Assembly (NCBI GenBank): GCA_965248925.1
Contig: CBDFLE010000006.1
Location: forward strand, 1,760,001 to 1,824,000
Direction: 5' to 3'
Source of the DNA: Candidatus Multivoradales bacterium
GTDB taxonomy: Bacteria > Acidobacteriota > Thermoanaerobaculia > Multivoradales > J023
DNA length: 64,000 bases
Both the position numbers and the translations under genes were made by a program. The notes below the pieces were generated by a model, which was not told the origin of the DNA, searched no databases, and saw nothing but the letters and a program-made list of their open reading frames with translations. The stretch's first letter is position 1; every line of letters starts with the position of its first letter. Below, piece by piece: positions 38,175-48,784 of this stretch.

Positions 38175-40145
38175 TCAACCACAACAAGCACGGCCCTCGC
38201 GATAGAGCAGCAAATGCTGCCGCGCTTGAGACGCCGCCGGGGAATCGCCACGCTGTGCCGCTTGATCGAGCAATTCCTGCTGCATGCGCACGGCTTCCTC
38301 GTGCCGCCCGGCCTGAGCCAGGGCCATGGCCACGGTGAGTCCGTGGGTGAAGGTCGGCGCGGTGTTGAAGACTTTGATCGCCAAGTCGAAGGCACGGGCG
38401 CCATCCCGCAGCGCGAGTTCGGGGCTGGCGGCCAACAATCTGGCCAAGCTGTGCTGCAATTCGAGGTCTTCCGGTAAGGCCACCAGGCCCACCTCCAGCC
38501 GGTCGCGAGCCGCTCCGGGGTTACCGGCAAGCAGCAGCGAGGTGGCAACCCCGCGCCAGCCGGCGCTGTTCTCAGGGTCGCTTTCGGTGACCGCGTGGTA
38601 TTGCTTGGCCGCGGCCGCGAAATGACCCTGCTGCCCGAGTACACCCGCCAGGGCGAAACTCACCCGTGGACTGGCGGGCTCGATGCCCAGCACCTCTCGG
38701 TAGTGCCCGGCGGCTTCCCCGAGCTGCCCTCTGGCCAACGCCAGGTTGCCGAGTTCGAACAGCGCACCCACCCGCTCGGAAGCGGTCAGGGTGACCCCGA
38801 GGCTGCTGGCGAAAGCCCGCTGAGCACCTTCCGCGTTGCCGCTGAGCTGGTACGAAGTAGCCAACCGAACCCAAACCTCACCACTGTCCGCATCGATCTT
38901 GGTCAACTTCTCGAGATCGCCAATAGCGGCGGTGAAACGCTGCTGCGACATCCACAGAGCGGCCCGCTTGAGCAACGCCGCCGGATGTTGGGGATCACTG
39001 ACCAGCACCTGGCTGTAGGCCGCCTCGGCGGCCTCGAAGCGCTGCTGTCGGACCAGCACGTTGCCCAGTTTGATGCCGGCATCGAGCAAGCTCGGATCGA
39101 GTTCGACCGCGGTTTGAAATCGCTTCAGGGCCCGCAGATCGGCACCGCGATCGACCAGCAAGCCGCCGAGAACATATTGCACGCGAGCGTTCTCGCGCCG
39201 TTGCTCAGGGCTCTCGGACGTGCCCCGCAGTCGCAATACCTCGGCCAGCTTCTCTACCGCCCCCTCGACCCCACTCAGCTGAGTGAGGGCGAAACCGAGA
39301 AAATCCACATCCGAAAACTGATCACTGCTGTCCCGCGCCAGAGCTTGCAGAACCTCGAAAGCAGTGCCGGTCTTAAGCCAAGCCACGGCGTTGCCCAGAG
39401 GGTCTTCATAGGGCACATCGACCGGGCCCCGTTGCGCCAGCTCGGCTCGCGCGCGGTCGATGTCACCCAGACGACGGTAGGCTTGACCCAGCGGGTAGTG
39501 AACGAGGGAAGCCTCCGGAGCCAACTCCAGAACCGCCTCGAAATGCTCCACCGCGGCTGCGTGTTCGCCTGCCTTGGCGGCCAATTTGCCGAGTCCAAAG
39601 CGGCCCGCCGCCCGCGAATCGTCGAGCCCGGCGGCCTGTTCGAAAACCACGGCAGCTGCCTCGGCCTGGCCAAGATCGGCCAAAGCCCGCCCCAACCGCA
39701 CCAGCGTCGCGGAGTCGTCGGGCGAGGTCTTGAGCACTTGGCGATAGTGGCTAACTGCAATATCCAGCTGGCCGGCGGCTTGCTCGATAATGCCGACAAA
39801 GTAGGTCCACCGTGGGTCGCCAGGCACCAGCTCAAGGGCGTTGGCAAAGCAAGCGCCAGCAGCCTCGAAATAGTCGTAGGCCAAGTAATACTGCCCCAGA
39901 CGGCCATAGCCTTCAGCCAACTCCGGGCGGGTCAGATCATTCACCGTTGTCGCCTGCTCGACCTGCTGCCGCAGACCTTCGACCCGCTGCCGAATCCCTG
40001 GCTCGATGCCGCTCAGGTCCGGCACCGGCAGGGGCTCGAGCCGCTCTGCCGGCAGCGACCAGAGCAGCGCTGGCGCACCCAGCAGCTGAACGCAGGCGAG
40101 GAGGAATACCACCGGCCCTGGCGCCAGAGTCCAGCGGCGAATCAT
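38175..40145 (-). CDS. secreted TPR-repeat protein
   Basis: ATG 40145 overlaps the CRTAC1 stop; many TPR units; C-terminal LARLLAASPELALRDGARA. Confidence 0.85.
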   Translation of the reverse strand: MIRRWTLAPGPVVFLLACVQLLGAPALLWSLPAERLEPLPVPDLSGIEPGIRQRVEGLRQQVEQATTVNDLTRPELAEGYGRLGQYYLAYDYFEAAGACFANALELVPGDPRWTYFVGIIEQAAGQLDIAVSHYRQVLKTSPDDSATLVRLGRALADLGQAEAAAVVFEQAAGLDDSRAAGRFGLGKLAAKAGEHAAAVEHFEAVLELAPEASLVHYPLGQAYRRLGDIDRARAELAQRGPVDVPYEDPLGNAVAWLKTGTAFEVLQALARDSSDQFSDVDFLGFALTQLSGVEGAVEKLAEVLRLRGTSESPEQRRENARVQYVLGGLLVDRGADLRALKRFQTAVELDPSLLDAGIKLGNVLVRQQRFEAAEAAYSQVLVSDPQHPAALLKRAALWMSQQRFTAAIGDLEKLTKIDADSGEVWVRLATSYQLSGNAEGAQRAFASSLGVTLTASERVGALFELGNLALARGQLGEAAGHYREVLGIEPASPRVSFALAGVLGQQGHFAAAAKQYHAVTESDPENSAGWRGVATSLLLAGNPGAARDRLEVGLVALPEDLELQHSLARLLAASPELALRDGARAFDLAIKVFNTAPTFTHGLTVAMALAQAGRHEEAVRMQQELLDQAAQRGDSPAASQARQHLLLYREGRACCG

Positions 40146-41938
40146 CGCTTCACCTCCTCGGCCGGAGCCTTGCCCTGCCCCTCGACCAAGGTGGTGTAGC
40201 GGCCGACCGCCAGGCCGCTCCAGGTTTCCACCCGACCGCCGGGCCAACGCACGGTCAGCTTGCCGATGACGCTCGAGTCGCCCAAGCCAAAAACCACTCG
40301 CGGATCGCTCGATGAGGCGAAGCTGCCATCCACCCGCACCCGCCGCCACAAGGTCGGCTTGCCGGGCCGCTCGAGCCCCACGCGAGCCCCCAAGGCATCG
40401 CGGCCGTGACTCAGCAGGCGGATACCGAACCACTGTCGGTTGTGGCCGATCTGGTTGATCAGCAAGCGCACCGGCCCCGAGTTGTTGCTCATCAAGACAT
40501 CGATATCGCCATCGTTGTCGATATCGCCAAAGGCAGCACCGCGACTTACCTCGGAGAGTTCAAACGGCGGTCCTCCCTCGGCGGTGGTCTCGACAAAACG
40601 GCCGCCGCCGAGATTGCGGAATAGCTGGTTGCGCTGATGGAAGGGAAATGGATCTCCAGCCCGCACCAAGGCCTCGACCGAGCGGACGGCGCCGTTGACC
40701 ACCAGCAGGTCGAGCCAGCCATCGTTGTCGTAGTCAATACCAGCGGTGCCCCAGCTGGTGTAGGTCCAGCTCGGCAAACCCAATCCGCTCTGCTGAGTCA
40801 CGTCTTCGAACAAGCCATCCCCCTCGTTGCGATAGAGAGTGTTGGTCTCTGCGGCCAAGTGGGTCATGAACAGGTCGAGATCGCCATCGCCATCGAAATC
40901 CTGGGCATCGACGCCCATCGAGGCCTCCGGCCGGCCATCGGCATTGACCGCCGTGCCGGCGAGTAGCGACTCGTCGCGGAAGGTGCCATCGGCCTGCTGC
41001 AACCACATCTGATTCGGGCTGCCGTCGTTGGTGATGTAGAGGTCGGGCCGACCATCGTCGTCGAGATCAGCCACCACCACGCCGAGGGACTTGGACGACT
41101 GGGCGCCAATCCGGCTACGCAGCGAGCGGTCGGCGAAGGTACCGTCGCCACGATTGACGAACAAACGATCGCTGATGCCGTTGAACGAATTCGGGCCGCA
41201 GAAGTCGCGGGCGCCGGTGGCGGCGCGGCAGATCTTGTTGTTGTCGTAGGCGAAGTCGAGATAGCCGCCGACATAGAGGTCGAGCCAGCCGTCTCCCTGG
41301 GCATCGAACCAAGCCGCCGGCACGCTCCAGCGTGGATCGTCGACCCCGGCAGCGGCGGTGACGTCAGCGAACTGGCCGTTGCCCAGGTTGCGCCACAGCT
41401 GATTCGATCCGAATTGACTCAAGTAGAGGTCGACCCAGCCATCGTTGTCGTAGTCCGCCGCGAAGACGCCAAAACCATAGCCGCTGGCCGCCAGCTTGCT
41501 GGCGGCAGTTACATCGACAAAATGCAGCCGTGGGCGGCCATCAGGTCCGGTCTCAAGGTCATTTCGGTAGAGCCGATCGGTTAGCGGCAAGGCCGCGGCC
41601 GGCGGTTCGCCAGCCTGCTCACCCAGCCGGCTGCCTTGCACCAGATAGACATCGAGATCGCCATCGTTGTCGTAGTCGAACAGACCGCAGCCCGGGCTGT
41701 TGATCTCCAGCATGTAGAACTGGCCGGAGCGGCCGTTGAAATGGGTGAAATCGAGCCCGCTGTGGGCCGCTCGGTCGACAAAGACCGGCTCGCCCGGAGC
41801 GATCGGCGTCGGCTCCGCGGCCGCTGCCGAAAGAGTCCCCGGCAGACTGACCAGCCAGCAGAACACAGCCAAGCCCTGCAAACACAAGAGTTGCGCGCTT
41901 GGGACCCGGCACGGGAATGCGAACGCAGGATCGGACAT
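40142..41938 (-). CDS. CRTAC1-family protein (FG-GAP repeats + ASPIC/UnbV)
   Basis: Repeated DYDNDG(D/W)LD motifs; SRGAAFGDIDNDG; ALGARV..FGLG..VRWPGG; start uncertain. Confidence 0.9.
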   Translation of the reverse strand: MSDPAFAFPCRVPSAQLLCLQGLAVFCWLVSLPGTLSAAAAEPTPIAPGEPVFVDRAAHSGLDFTHFNGRSGQFYMLEINSPGCGLFDYDNDGDLDVYLVQGSRLGEQAGEPPAAALPLTDRLYRNDLETGPDGRPRLHFVDVTAASKLAASGYGFGVFAADYDNDGWVDLYLSQFGSNQLWRNLGNGQFADVTAAAGVDDPRWSVPAAWFDAQGDGWLDLYVGGYLDFAYDNNKICRAATGARDFCGPNSFNGISDRLFVNRGDGTFADRSLRSRIGAQSSKSLGVVVADLDDDGRPDLYITNDGSPNQMWLQQADGTFRDESLLAGTAVNADGRPEASMGVDAQDFDGDGDLDLFMTHLAAETNTLYRNEGDGLFEDVTQQSGLGLPSWTYTSWGTAGIDYDNDGWLDLLVVNGAVRSVEALVRAGDPFPFHQRNQLFRNLGGGRFVETTAEGGPPFELSEVSRGAAFGDIDNDGDIDVLMSNNSGPVRLLINQIGHNRQWFGIRLLSHGRDALGARVGLERPGKPTLWRRVRVDGSFASSSDPRVVFGLGDSSVIGKLTVRWPGGRVETWSGLAVGRYTTLVEGQGKAPAEEVKR

Positions 41939-42218
41939 GGGGTGACGCATCCTCCAGGAAACTCTGCTCGGGGTGGCGGGTGGCGGACCCATCCGACGGC
42001 TGAGCGGCGGATGCCGCATTGGGGCAGGCCGCAGCGAACCTCTGACCGGCAAATCCTAACATGGCGCCCTCACCGGCTAGCCCGATCCAAGATTCCGCCG
42101 AGGTATTCAAATTTTTGGTGGTTCCCTGCTTCCTCCGGTCTTGCTCACTCATCGCCGCGGCCGTGCTATCTTCAAGCACTGCAACGACTAAGGGCCACCG
42201 CTGCAGACCGCTAGCGAG

Positions 42219-42234
42219 TGGCACGGAACCTGCT
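42219..42234 (+). promoter_or_regulatory. sigma54 (-24/-12) promoter
   Basis: TGGCACGGAACCTGCT, 100 bp upstream of the TonB receptor ATG. Confidence 0.7.
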
Positions 42235-42333
42235 GTGTTGAGCAGCGTGGACCAAAACTAACCTACAGACTTCGGCACCACCTGAGGTAGAGCGTTCCAG
42301 CCTCCTCAGCACCTGCACCAAAAGGAGAATTTC

Positions 42334-45288
42334 ATGAGGTTGAGGGTTTTAATTCTCACACTAATTCTGTCGCTAGCGTTTACCGGCGTCGTACTTGCCC
42401 AGAGTGGTACTCACGGCAAGGTGTCGGGAACCGTTACCAGCAACGAGGGTGATGGCCTACCGGGCGTCACCGTCACCGCCAGCTCACCGTCCCTCCAGGG
42501 GACCCGGGTCACTCAGACCGGTAGCAGCGGCGGCTATGTCTTCCCCAGCCTGTCCCCCGGCGAGTACACCCTGACTTTCGAGCTGGAAGGCTTCGACCCG
42601 GTGGTGCAGCAGCTCAAAGTTTCCGTGCAGCAGCTCACCGGCGCCAGCATCATCCTGGGCTTGTCGACCACCGACCTTGGCGAGGAGATCATCGTCACCG
42701 GTGAGATCAGCACCATCTCGCAGAGTGTCGCCGCCCAGTCGACCTACGAGCAGAGCTTGATCGAGAAACTGCCCACCGGACGCACCGTGCGCGACATCAC
42801 CTTGCTCGCCCCCGGCGTCCAGGAGAGCGGCGTGGCGATCGGCGGCGGCCGTGGCTTGGCGATCTCGATCGCCGGCTCGCAGACCTCCGAGAACCTGTTC
42901 ATGGTCAATGGCGTGACCATCAACGAGAATCTTCGCGGTCAGGCCCTGGACCTCTACATCGAGGACGCGGTACTTGAGACCACCGCCACCATCTCGGGCG
43001 TCTCCGCCGAGTACGGCCGCTTCGCCGGTGGCGTGATCAACGCCATCACCAAGTCTGGCGGCAACAGCTTTAGCGGTTCGTTGCGGGTCAACTACACCAA
43101 CCAAGATTGGGCCGAGCCCACCGCTCTGACCAACGCCCGGGACAACACGGTCAATGAGACTTACGAAGCCACTTTCGGCGGTCGCCTCATCCGCGACAAG
43201 GTGTGGTTCTTCGCCGCCGGCCGCGATCTCGAGCGCGCCGGTTCGGCGACCTTGCAGCTGACCGGGCTGACCGTTTCGCAGCCGCAGACCCAAGAGCGCC
43301 TCGAAGGCAAGTTGACCATCACTCCGCTGCCCAGCCATTCGCTGGTTGCCTCCTACCTGGATCGCGAACAGGAACAGACCAACGTCGGTTTCTCGCCGGT
43401 GGACTTCACCACTTTGAACAACCGAGCTGATCCACAGGAACTGACTTCAGCCAACTACACCGGCATCTTCGGCTCGAACTTCTTCGTCGAAGCACAGTAC
43501 TCAGAGCGTGAGTTCACGATCGCCGACGGCGCTGGCGCCAGCACGACGGATCGCATCGGCGGCACCTGGTTCGTCGACCTACAGACCTTCCAGTTCATCG
43601 CCTCGCCGGTGTTCTGCGCGGTCTGCGTACCGCAGAAGCGCGACAATGAGAACTTCTTCGTCAAGGGGAACTACTTCCTCAACACCGGAAGTTCGGGCTC
43701 GCACGACTTCGTCGCGGGCTACGACACGTTCACCGACATCGTGATCGTAGAGAACCACCAGTCCGGTAGCGACTTCTCGCTGTGGGGTTTCGAGAACTTC
43801 ATCTTGCGCGGCACCACCGTTTTCCCGGCCTTCAGCAACAACGGCGCCAACCAGCTGTGGTTCAACCCAGTACTCAATCCGACCCAGGGCTCGTTTTTCG
43901 AGCAAGACGCCGTATTCGTCAACGACCGCTGGACGCTCAACGACAAGTGGAGCTTCAATCTTGGGGTTCGCTTTGACGAGAACAACGCGGTGGATTCCGG
44001 CGGCGGCACGGTCTCGGACGACAACAAGATCAGCCCGCGACTCGGCGCCACATGGGATGTCAAAGGCGATGGCGATTGGGTGGTCAACGCCAGCTTCGGC
44101 GACTACGTCACCGGCATCAGCAACAGCGGTAACACTGGCGGCGCCGGTGCCAGCGCTGGCGCTCTGGCGACCTTCCAGTGGCTGTACAACGGTCCGAGCA
44201 TCAACCCCGACCCCAACGCCCCGACCGATCAGCTGATCAGTCAGGACGATGCCCTGCGCATCATCTTCGATTGGTTCGCATCGATCGGCGACACCGCCAA
44301 CACCTCGCAGTTGATCGGCGTGGCGATCCCGGGCGTCAGCACCCAGGTCGGCGACAACTTGGTTTCGCCCTCATCGCAGGAGTTCTCCCTCGGCATCACC
44401 AAGCGGCTCGGCAGCAAGGGCCTGGTCCGGGCCGACTACGTGAAGCGTGAGTTCAACGATTTCTACGCCCAGCGCGTCGACACCGGCACCGGCACGGTGA
44501 CCAATCCTGACGGCAGCCTCGCCGACCTGGTCTTGGTGGTCAACGAGGACAACCTGCTGTCGCGCCAGTACGACGGGCTGCACACCCAGTTCGCCTACCG
44601 CGTCAACGACAAGCTGAACGTCGCTGGTAACTGGACCTGGTCCCACGCTCGCGGTAACTGGAATGGTGAGACTCGGGACCAGGGCCCGATCGCCTCGGCG
44701 ATCGTTTCCTACCCCGAGTACCGCGATTTCGCCAACTACGAGCCGCGCGGCAGTCTGGCCGTGGACGTGCGCCACAAGATCAGCCTGTGGGCGGTGTGGG
44801 AGTTGCTGCAGACCGAGCGCCACAACCTCAGCTTGGGCTTGCTGCAGAACTATGCTTCGGGTCGCCCCTTCGGCGCTCAGGGCAACGTTGCCAGCACCAA
44901 CTTCGTTGACAACAGCGCGCTTGGCTACCTGTTCCCGCCGCCTACGGTGCAGTACTTCTACACCGGCCGTGATGCCTTCAAGACCGACGACATCACCCGT
45001 ACCGACTTCACGGTGAACTACGCCTTCCAGGTTCCCTTCTTCGGCCGGCAGTTCGAGATCTTCCTCCAGCCTGAGGTCGTCAACCTGTTCGATGAGGATG
45101 GCGTGCAACGGGCCGATGTAACGGTGCTCGACGCGACCAACAGTGGTCTGGCTGCGTTCAACCCTTTCACCGAAATTCCGGTAGAGGGTATTCATTACGA
45201 CCTCGGTCCGAACTTCGGCCAGGCGATCAACGAGGATGACTTCCAGCAGCCGCGGACCTTCCGCTTCTCGGTAGGCTTCCGCTTCTAA
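42334..45288 (+). CDS. Oar-like TonB-dependent receptor with carboxypeptidase-regulatory-like N-domain
   Basis: Signal peptide; LPGVTVT; SAEYGRFAGGVINAITKSG; SPRLG; C-terminal PRTFRFSVGFRF. Confidence 0.92.
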   Translation: MRLRVLILTLILSLAFTGVVLAQSGTHGKVSGTVTSNEGDGLPGVTVTASSPSLQGTRVTQTGSSGGYVFPSLSPGEYTLTFELEGFDPVVQQLKVSVQQLTGASIILGLSTTDLGEEIIVTGEISTISQSVAAQSTYEQSLIEKLPTGRTVRDITLLAPGVQESGVAIGGGRGLAISIAGSQTSENLFMVNGVTINENLRGQALDLYIEDAVLETTATISGVSAEYGRFAGGVINAITKSGGNSFSGSLRVNYTNQDWAEPTALTNARDNTVNETYEATFGGRLIRDKVWFFAAGRDLERAGSATLQLTGLTVSQPQTQERLEGKLTITPLPSHSLVASYLDREQEQTNVGFSPVDFTTLNNRADPQELTSANYTGIFGSNFFVEAQYSEREFTIADGAGASTTDRIGGTWFVDLQTFQFIASPVFCAVCVPQKRDNENFFVKGNYFLNTGSSGSHDFVAGYDTFTDIVIVENHQSGSDFSLWGFENFILRGTTVFPAFSNNGANQLWFNPVLNPTQGSFFEQDAVFVNDRWTLNDKWSFNLGVRFDENNAVDSGGGTVSDDNKISPRLGATWDVKGDGDWVVNASFGDYVTGISNSGNTGGAGASAGALATFQWLYNGPSINPDPNAPTDQLISQDDALRIIFDWFASIGDTANTSQLIGVAIPGVSTQVGDNLVSPSSQEFSLGITKRLGSKGLVRADYVKREFNDFYAQRVDTGTGTVTNPDGSLADLVLVVNEDNLLSRQYDGLHTQFAYRVNDKLNVAGNWTWSHARGNWNGETRDQGPIASAIVSYPEYRDFANYEPRGSLAVDVRHKISLWAVWELLQTERHNLSLGLLQNYASGRPFGAQGNVASTNFVDNSALGYLFPPPTVQYFYTGRDAFKTDDITRTDFTVNYAFQVPFFGRQFEIFLQPEVVNLFDEDGVQRADVTVLDATNSGLAAFNPFTEIPVEGIHYDLGPNFGQAINEDDFQQPRTFRFSVGFRF

Positions 45289-45308
45289 TCGCTGACCTAG
45301 CGTCCGCC

Positions 45309-45342
45309 AAAGCCCCGGCTCCCAGCCGGGGCTTTTTGTTTC
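45309..45342 (+). terminator. Rho-independent terminator of the TonB receptor gene
   Basis: AAAGCCCCGGCT-CCC-AGCCGGGGCTTT followed by TTGTTT. Confidence 0.85.
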
Positions 45343-45451
45343 AGCACTTTACAGAGGTGCCAGGTGAGATGAGTCGGCCGGTCTCCCATCAGTGACATCC
45401 TGCGTGCGAGAAAATCCTCAAGTCTGGGTGGTGCCCGCAAGGAAACCGACC

Positions 45452-45610
45452 ACGGACGTTGTTGGCATCGACGTTCACACAAAGTACAGCGAGATCTGCG
45501 TTCTTTCCTCCCGCGGCCGGGTGCTGGAGCATTTGCAAGTCGCAACTACCGAGACTTCGCTGCGGCGATTCTTTGCCAAGCGGGAGCGCTCTCGGCTAGT
45601 GATGGAGTGC
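45452..45610 (+). pseudogene. IS110-family transposase N-terminal remnant
   Basis: RBS AAGGA then ACG (likely mutated ATG); DVVGIDVHTKYSEICVL..LVMEC RuvC-like DEDD start; truncated. Confidence 0.75.
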
Positions 45611-45625
45611 TCTTCTTTCGCGCCC

Positions 45626-45661
45626 AAAACAAAAAAGGCCGGCGAATGCAATCGCCGGCCT
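45626..45661 (-). terminator. Rho-independent terminator of the alpha operon
   Basis: AGGCCGGCGA-N6-TCGCCGGCCT with a U-tract on the minus strand. Confidence 0.85.
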
Positions 45662-45714
45662 CTTGCCTGCTCCCTCGACGCCCTAGGGGGGATTCTCAGC
45701 TGAGTGCGCGGAAC

Positions 45715-46098
45715 CTAGTCGTCGCCGCTAGCTGACGCCGGCTCGTAATCGACGAACTCGATGATCGCCATTTCGGCACCGTCACCGCGGCGGGGACCGA
45801 GTTTCATGATCCTCAAATAACCACCGGAGCGGTCCTCAAAACGCGGCGCGATGTCATCGAATAAGGTCTTAACCACACTGCGGTCAGAGATCCAACGACG
45901 TACCTGACGGCGAGCGTGTAACGTACCTGTCTTGCCCTTGGTGACCAGTTTCTCGGCGATTGGCCGCAACTCTTTGGCCTTGGGCAAGGTGGTGACGATG
46001 CGACCGCTGATCATCAACGAGACCAACTGATTGCGGAACAGCGCCCGCCGGTGGGACGATGTGCGACCGAGCTTTCTTCCGTGTACTGCGTGACGCAT
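45715..46098 (-). CDS. rplQ: 50S ribosomal protein L17
   Basis: [16 protein letters not shown]; GGYLRI. Confidence 0.98.
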   Translation of the reverse strand: MRHAVHGRKLGRTSSHRRALFRNQLVSLMISGRIVTTLPKAKELRPIAEKLVTKGKTGTLHARRQVRRWISDRSVVKTLFDDIAPRFEDRSGGYLRIMKLGPRRGDGAEMAIIEFVDYEPASASGDD

Positions 46099-46128
46099 TG
46101 ACTTGGCTCCTCAGATCTTGCGCCGCGC

Positions 46129-47121
46129 CTAGAGGCTCGCCGCTAGGCCGGCCGGCGGTTCGGCCGGCACGTCCATGCCGAATTCGAGTCCGAGTTTGCC
46201 GAGCACATCCTGCAGTTCCTCGAGCGACTTCTTGCCGAAGTTCTTGGTCTCGAGCATTTCCTTCTCGGACTTGCGCACCAGATCCCGCAGGGTGTGGATG
46301 TTGGCGTTCTTCAAGCAGTTGGCCGAGCGAACCGACAGATCGAGTTCGTCGATATTGCGGCCCAACAGCTTGTCCAACCCACTGAGTTCTTCGACCTGAA
46401 CTGGCGGCGCCTCTTCCCGCAGGCTCTCCTCGGCATGGGTGAAGATCCCCAAGTGATCGCGAAGTAGCATGGAAGCTAGCGACAGAGTCTCTTCCGGCGG
46501 CAAGGTGCCGTTGGTCCAGATATCGAGGGTCAGCTTCTCATAGTCCGTATCGCGGCCTACGCGGGCTGCCTCGACGCGGTAGTTCACCCTCTTGACCGGG
46601 CTGTGGACCGAGTCGATCGGGATCCAGCCGATGCCCATGGAATCGTCAAAGTTCTTGTCAGCGGTGACGTAACCCCGACCATTCTTCACCTGCACCTGCA
46701 GTTTCAGGTGGCCCTCTTCGTTGAGCGTCGCGATCGGCAAATCCGGATCGCAGATCTCAACGTTGGGATCACCCGCTAGATCACCGGCGATCACCACCCC
46801 TGGGCCCTTGATATCGAGACTGAGATACTTGGTGTCCTCGGTCTCGAGCAGAATCGGCACCTGACGCAGGTTGAGGATGATGTCGGTCACATCCTCGACC
46901 ACGCCGGACACCGACGAGAACTCGTGCAGCACGCCTTCAATCTGCACCGCGGTGATCGCCGCGCCTTCGATGGAAGACAGCAGTGAGCGCCGCAAGGCAG
47001 TACCCACGGTAGTGGCAAAACCACGCTCAAACGGTTGCGCCGTGAAGGTCGCAAAGGTAGAGGTCGCGGATTTCTTATCGATGTCGACCCGCTTGGGTCG
47101 CTGAAAACCCTTCCATAGCAT
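46129..47121 (-). CDS. rpoA: RNA polymerase alpha subunit
   Basis: PFERGF, LRRSLLSSIEG, HEFS, LSVRSANCL, NFGKKSL; start MLWKGF. Confidence 0.98.
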   Translation of the reverse strand: MLWKGFQRPKRVDIDKKSATSTFATFTAQPFERGFATTVGTALRRSLLSSIEGAAITAVQIEGVLHEFSSVSGVVEDVTDIILNLRQVPILLETEDTKYLSLDIKGPGVVIAGDLAGDPNVEICDPDLPIATLNEEGHLKLQVQVKNGRGYVTADKNFDDSMGIGWIPIDSVHSPVKRVNYRVEAARVGRDTDYEKLTLDIWTNGTLPPEETLSLASMLLRDHLGIFTHAEESLREEAPPVQVEELSGLDKLLGRNIDELDLSVRSANCLKNANIHTLRDLVRKSEKEMLETKNFGKKSLEELQDVLGKLGLEFGMDVPAEPPAGLAASL

Positions 47122-47264
47122 AGGAAGTCTCCTTCGTCGAAACCAGCCCGGAGAGAGCGAAGCACCCCGCCCTGGCGGGGACACCTCTCCGGTACCGGCG
47201 TGGGCCGATCGAACAGTTTTCTGAGTCGAGCATCGCGACCGGCAAAGCCGGGCCGCGACCAGCC

Positions 47265-47894
47265 TCAACGGCTGTAGAGCTCGACGATGAGCTGCTCCTG
47301 AACCGGCAGCTTGATTTCTTCACGAGTCGGCATGGCAGTCACCTTGCCGGAGAAAGTCTCCGGATTGAGTTGCAGCCACTCCGGCACGCCACGACCTCGC
47401 GCGGTCTCCACGCTGGCCTTGATGAGTTCGTTCTTGCGACTTCCTTCCTTGACCTGGACCTCTTGCTCGGCCTTCACCTGATAGGAAGGAATCGTCACCT
47501 TCTTGCCGTCTATCCGAATGTGGCCATGGCGCACCAACTGGCGAGCTTGCGCTCGCGAAGCGCCGAAGCCCAGACTGTAGACGACGTTGTCGAGCCGCCG
47601 TTCCAGCATCACCAGCAAATTCTCGCCAGTAATGCCTTTCTTGCGGTCTGCCTTCTTGAAATAGTTGCGGAACTGCTTCTCTTGGATGCCGTAGATCCGC
47701 TTGACCTTCTGCTTCTCACGTAGCTGAAGACCGTAACCCATGGTACGACGACCGCGACGCTGGCCGTGTTGGCCAGGCGGATAGTTACGCCTCTCAATAG
47801 CGCACTTTTCCTTGAAGCAGCGGTCCCCCTTGAGGAACAGCTTCATCCGCTCGCGTCGGCAAAGCCGGCAAACGGATCCTGTATGTCTCGCCAA
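47265..47894 (-). CDS. rpsD: 30S ribosomal protein S4
   Basis: CRLCRRE..PGQHG..LERRLDN..IVELYSR. Confidence 0.98.
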   Translation of the reverse strand: MARHTGSVCRLCRRERMKLFLKGDRCFKEKCAIERRNYPPGQHGQRRGRRTMGYGLQLREKQKVKRIYGIQEKQFRNYFKKADRKKGITGENLLVMLERRLDNVVYSLGFGASRAQARQLVRHGHIRIDGKKVTIPSYQVKAEQEVQVKEGSRKNELIKASVETARGRGVPEWLQLNPETFSGKVTAMPTREEIKLPVQEQLIVELYSR

Positions 47895-47972
47895 GGTTGC
47901 TCTCCTTACTCTTGAAAATTCGCAGGCATGACTGTCACCAATCTCACCGTCACCAAATTCACTGTCAGCCGA

Positions 47973-48371
47973 TCAGACCCGGCGGCGCTTACGCGGCCGG
48001 CAGCCGTTGTGCGGGATAGGCGTCACGTCCTTGATCGATTTCACCACCAAGCCGGTCGACTGTAGCGCTCGGATCGCCGACTCGCGTCCACCACCAGGCC
48101 CGTTAACCATCACGTCGATGTTACGGACACCCATGTCGCGCGCCAAATGACCGGCATTCTGCCCCGCCACCTGGGCCGCGAACGGCGTCCCTTTGCGTGA
48201 CCCCTTGAAACCCAGCTTGCCGGCCGAGGACCAGCCCAAAACATTGCCCTCTGGGTCGGTGATCGAGATCAAGGTGTTGTTGAAAGTTGCTTGGATAAAC
48301 GCCACCGCGCTCGGCACGATACGCTTTTCCTTCTTCTTGCCCGACTTGCGGTCTTTTTTGACTTTGGCCAT
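47973..48371 (-). CDS. rpsK: 30S ribosomal protein S11
   Basis: ATFNNT, TPFAAQ, PHNGCRP. Confidence 0.98.
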   Translation of the reverse strand: MAKVKKDRKSGKKKEKRIVPSAVAFIQATFNNTLISITDPEGNVLGWSSAGKLGFKGSRKGTPFAAQVAGQNAGHLARDMGVRNIDVMVNGPGGGRESAIRALQSTGLVVKSIKDVTPIPHNGCRPRKRRRV

Positions 48372-48386
48372 CGCTCTTACATCTCC

Positions 48387-48767
48387 CTACTTGCGGGCCA
48401 ACTTCTTACCGGCCACGGTCACCCGCTTTGGACCCTTGCGGGTACGGGCATTGGTGTGAGTTCGCTGTCCACGCGCCGGCAGGTTACGGCGGTGGCGCAC
48501 GCCACGGTAGCTGCCGATCTCCATCAAGCGCTTGATGTGAGTGGCTACCTCCTTGCGAAGATCGCCCTCCACTCGCATGTCGTCCTGGACGATTTTGCGG
48601 ATCCTACGCGCCTCGTCCTCGGTGAGATCCTTCACCTTGACAGTCTCCTCGACGCCAGCCTGGGCGAGAAGCTGCTTCGAGGTCGTGACGCCGATGCCGT
48701 GAATGTAAGTCAAGCCTATCCAGACCTGTTTGTTCTGCGGCAGATCGATTCCTGCTATGCGTGCCAT
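48387..48767 (-). CDS. rpsM: 30S ribosomal protein S13
   Basis: [24 protein letters not shown]. Confidence 0.98.
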   Translation of the reverse strand: MARIAGIDLPQNKQVWIGLTYIHGIGVTTSKQLLAQAGVEETVKVKDLTEDEARRIRKIVQDDMRVEGDLRKEVATHIKRLMEIGSYRGVRHRRNLPARGQRTHTNARTRKGPKRVTVAGKKLARK

Positions 48768-48784
48768 CGCTTCTTATCCTGTGG

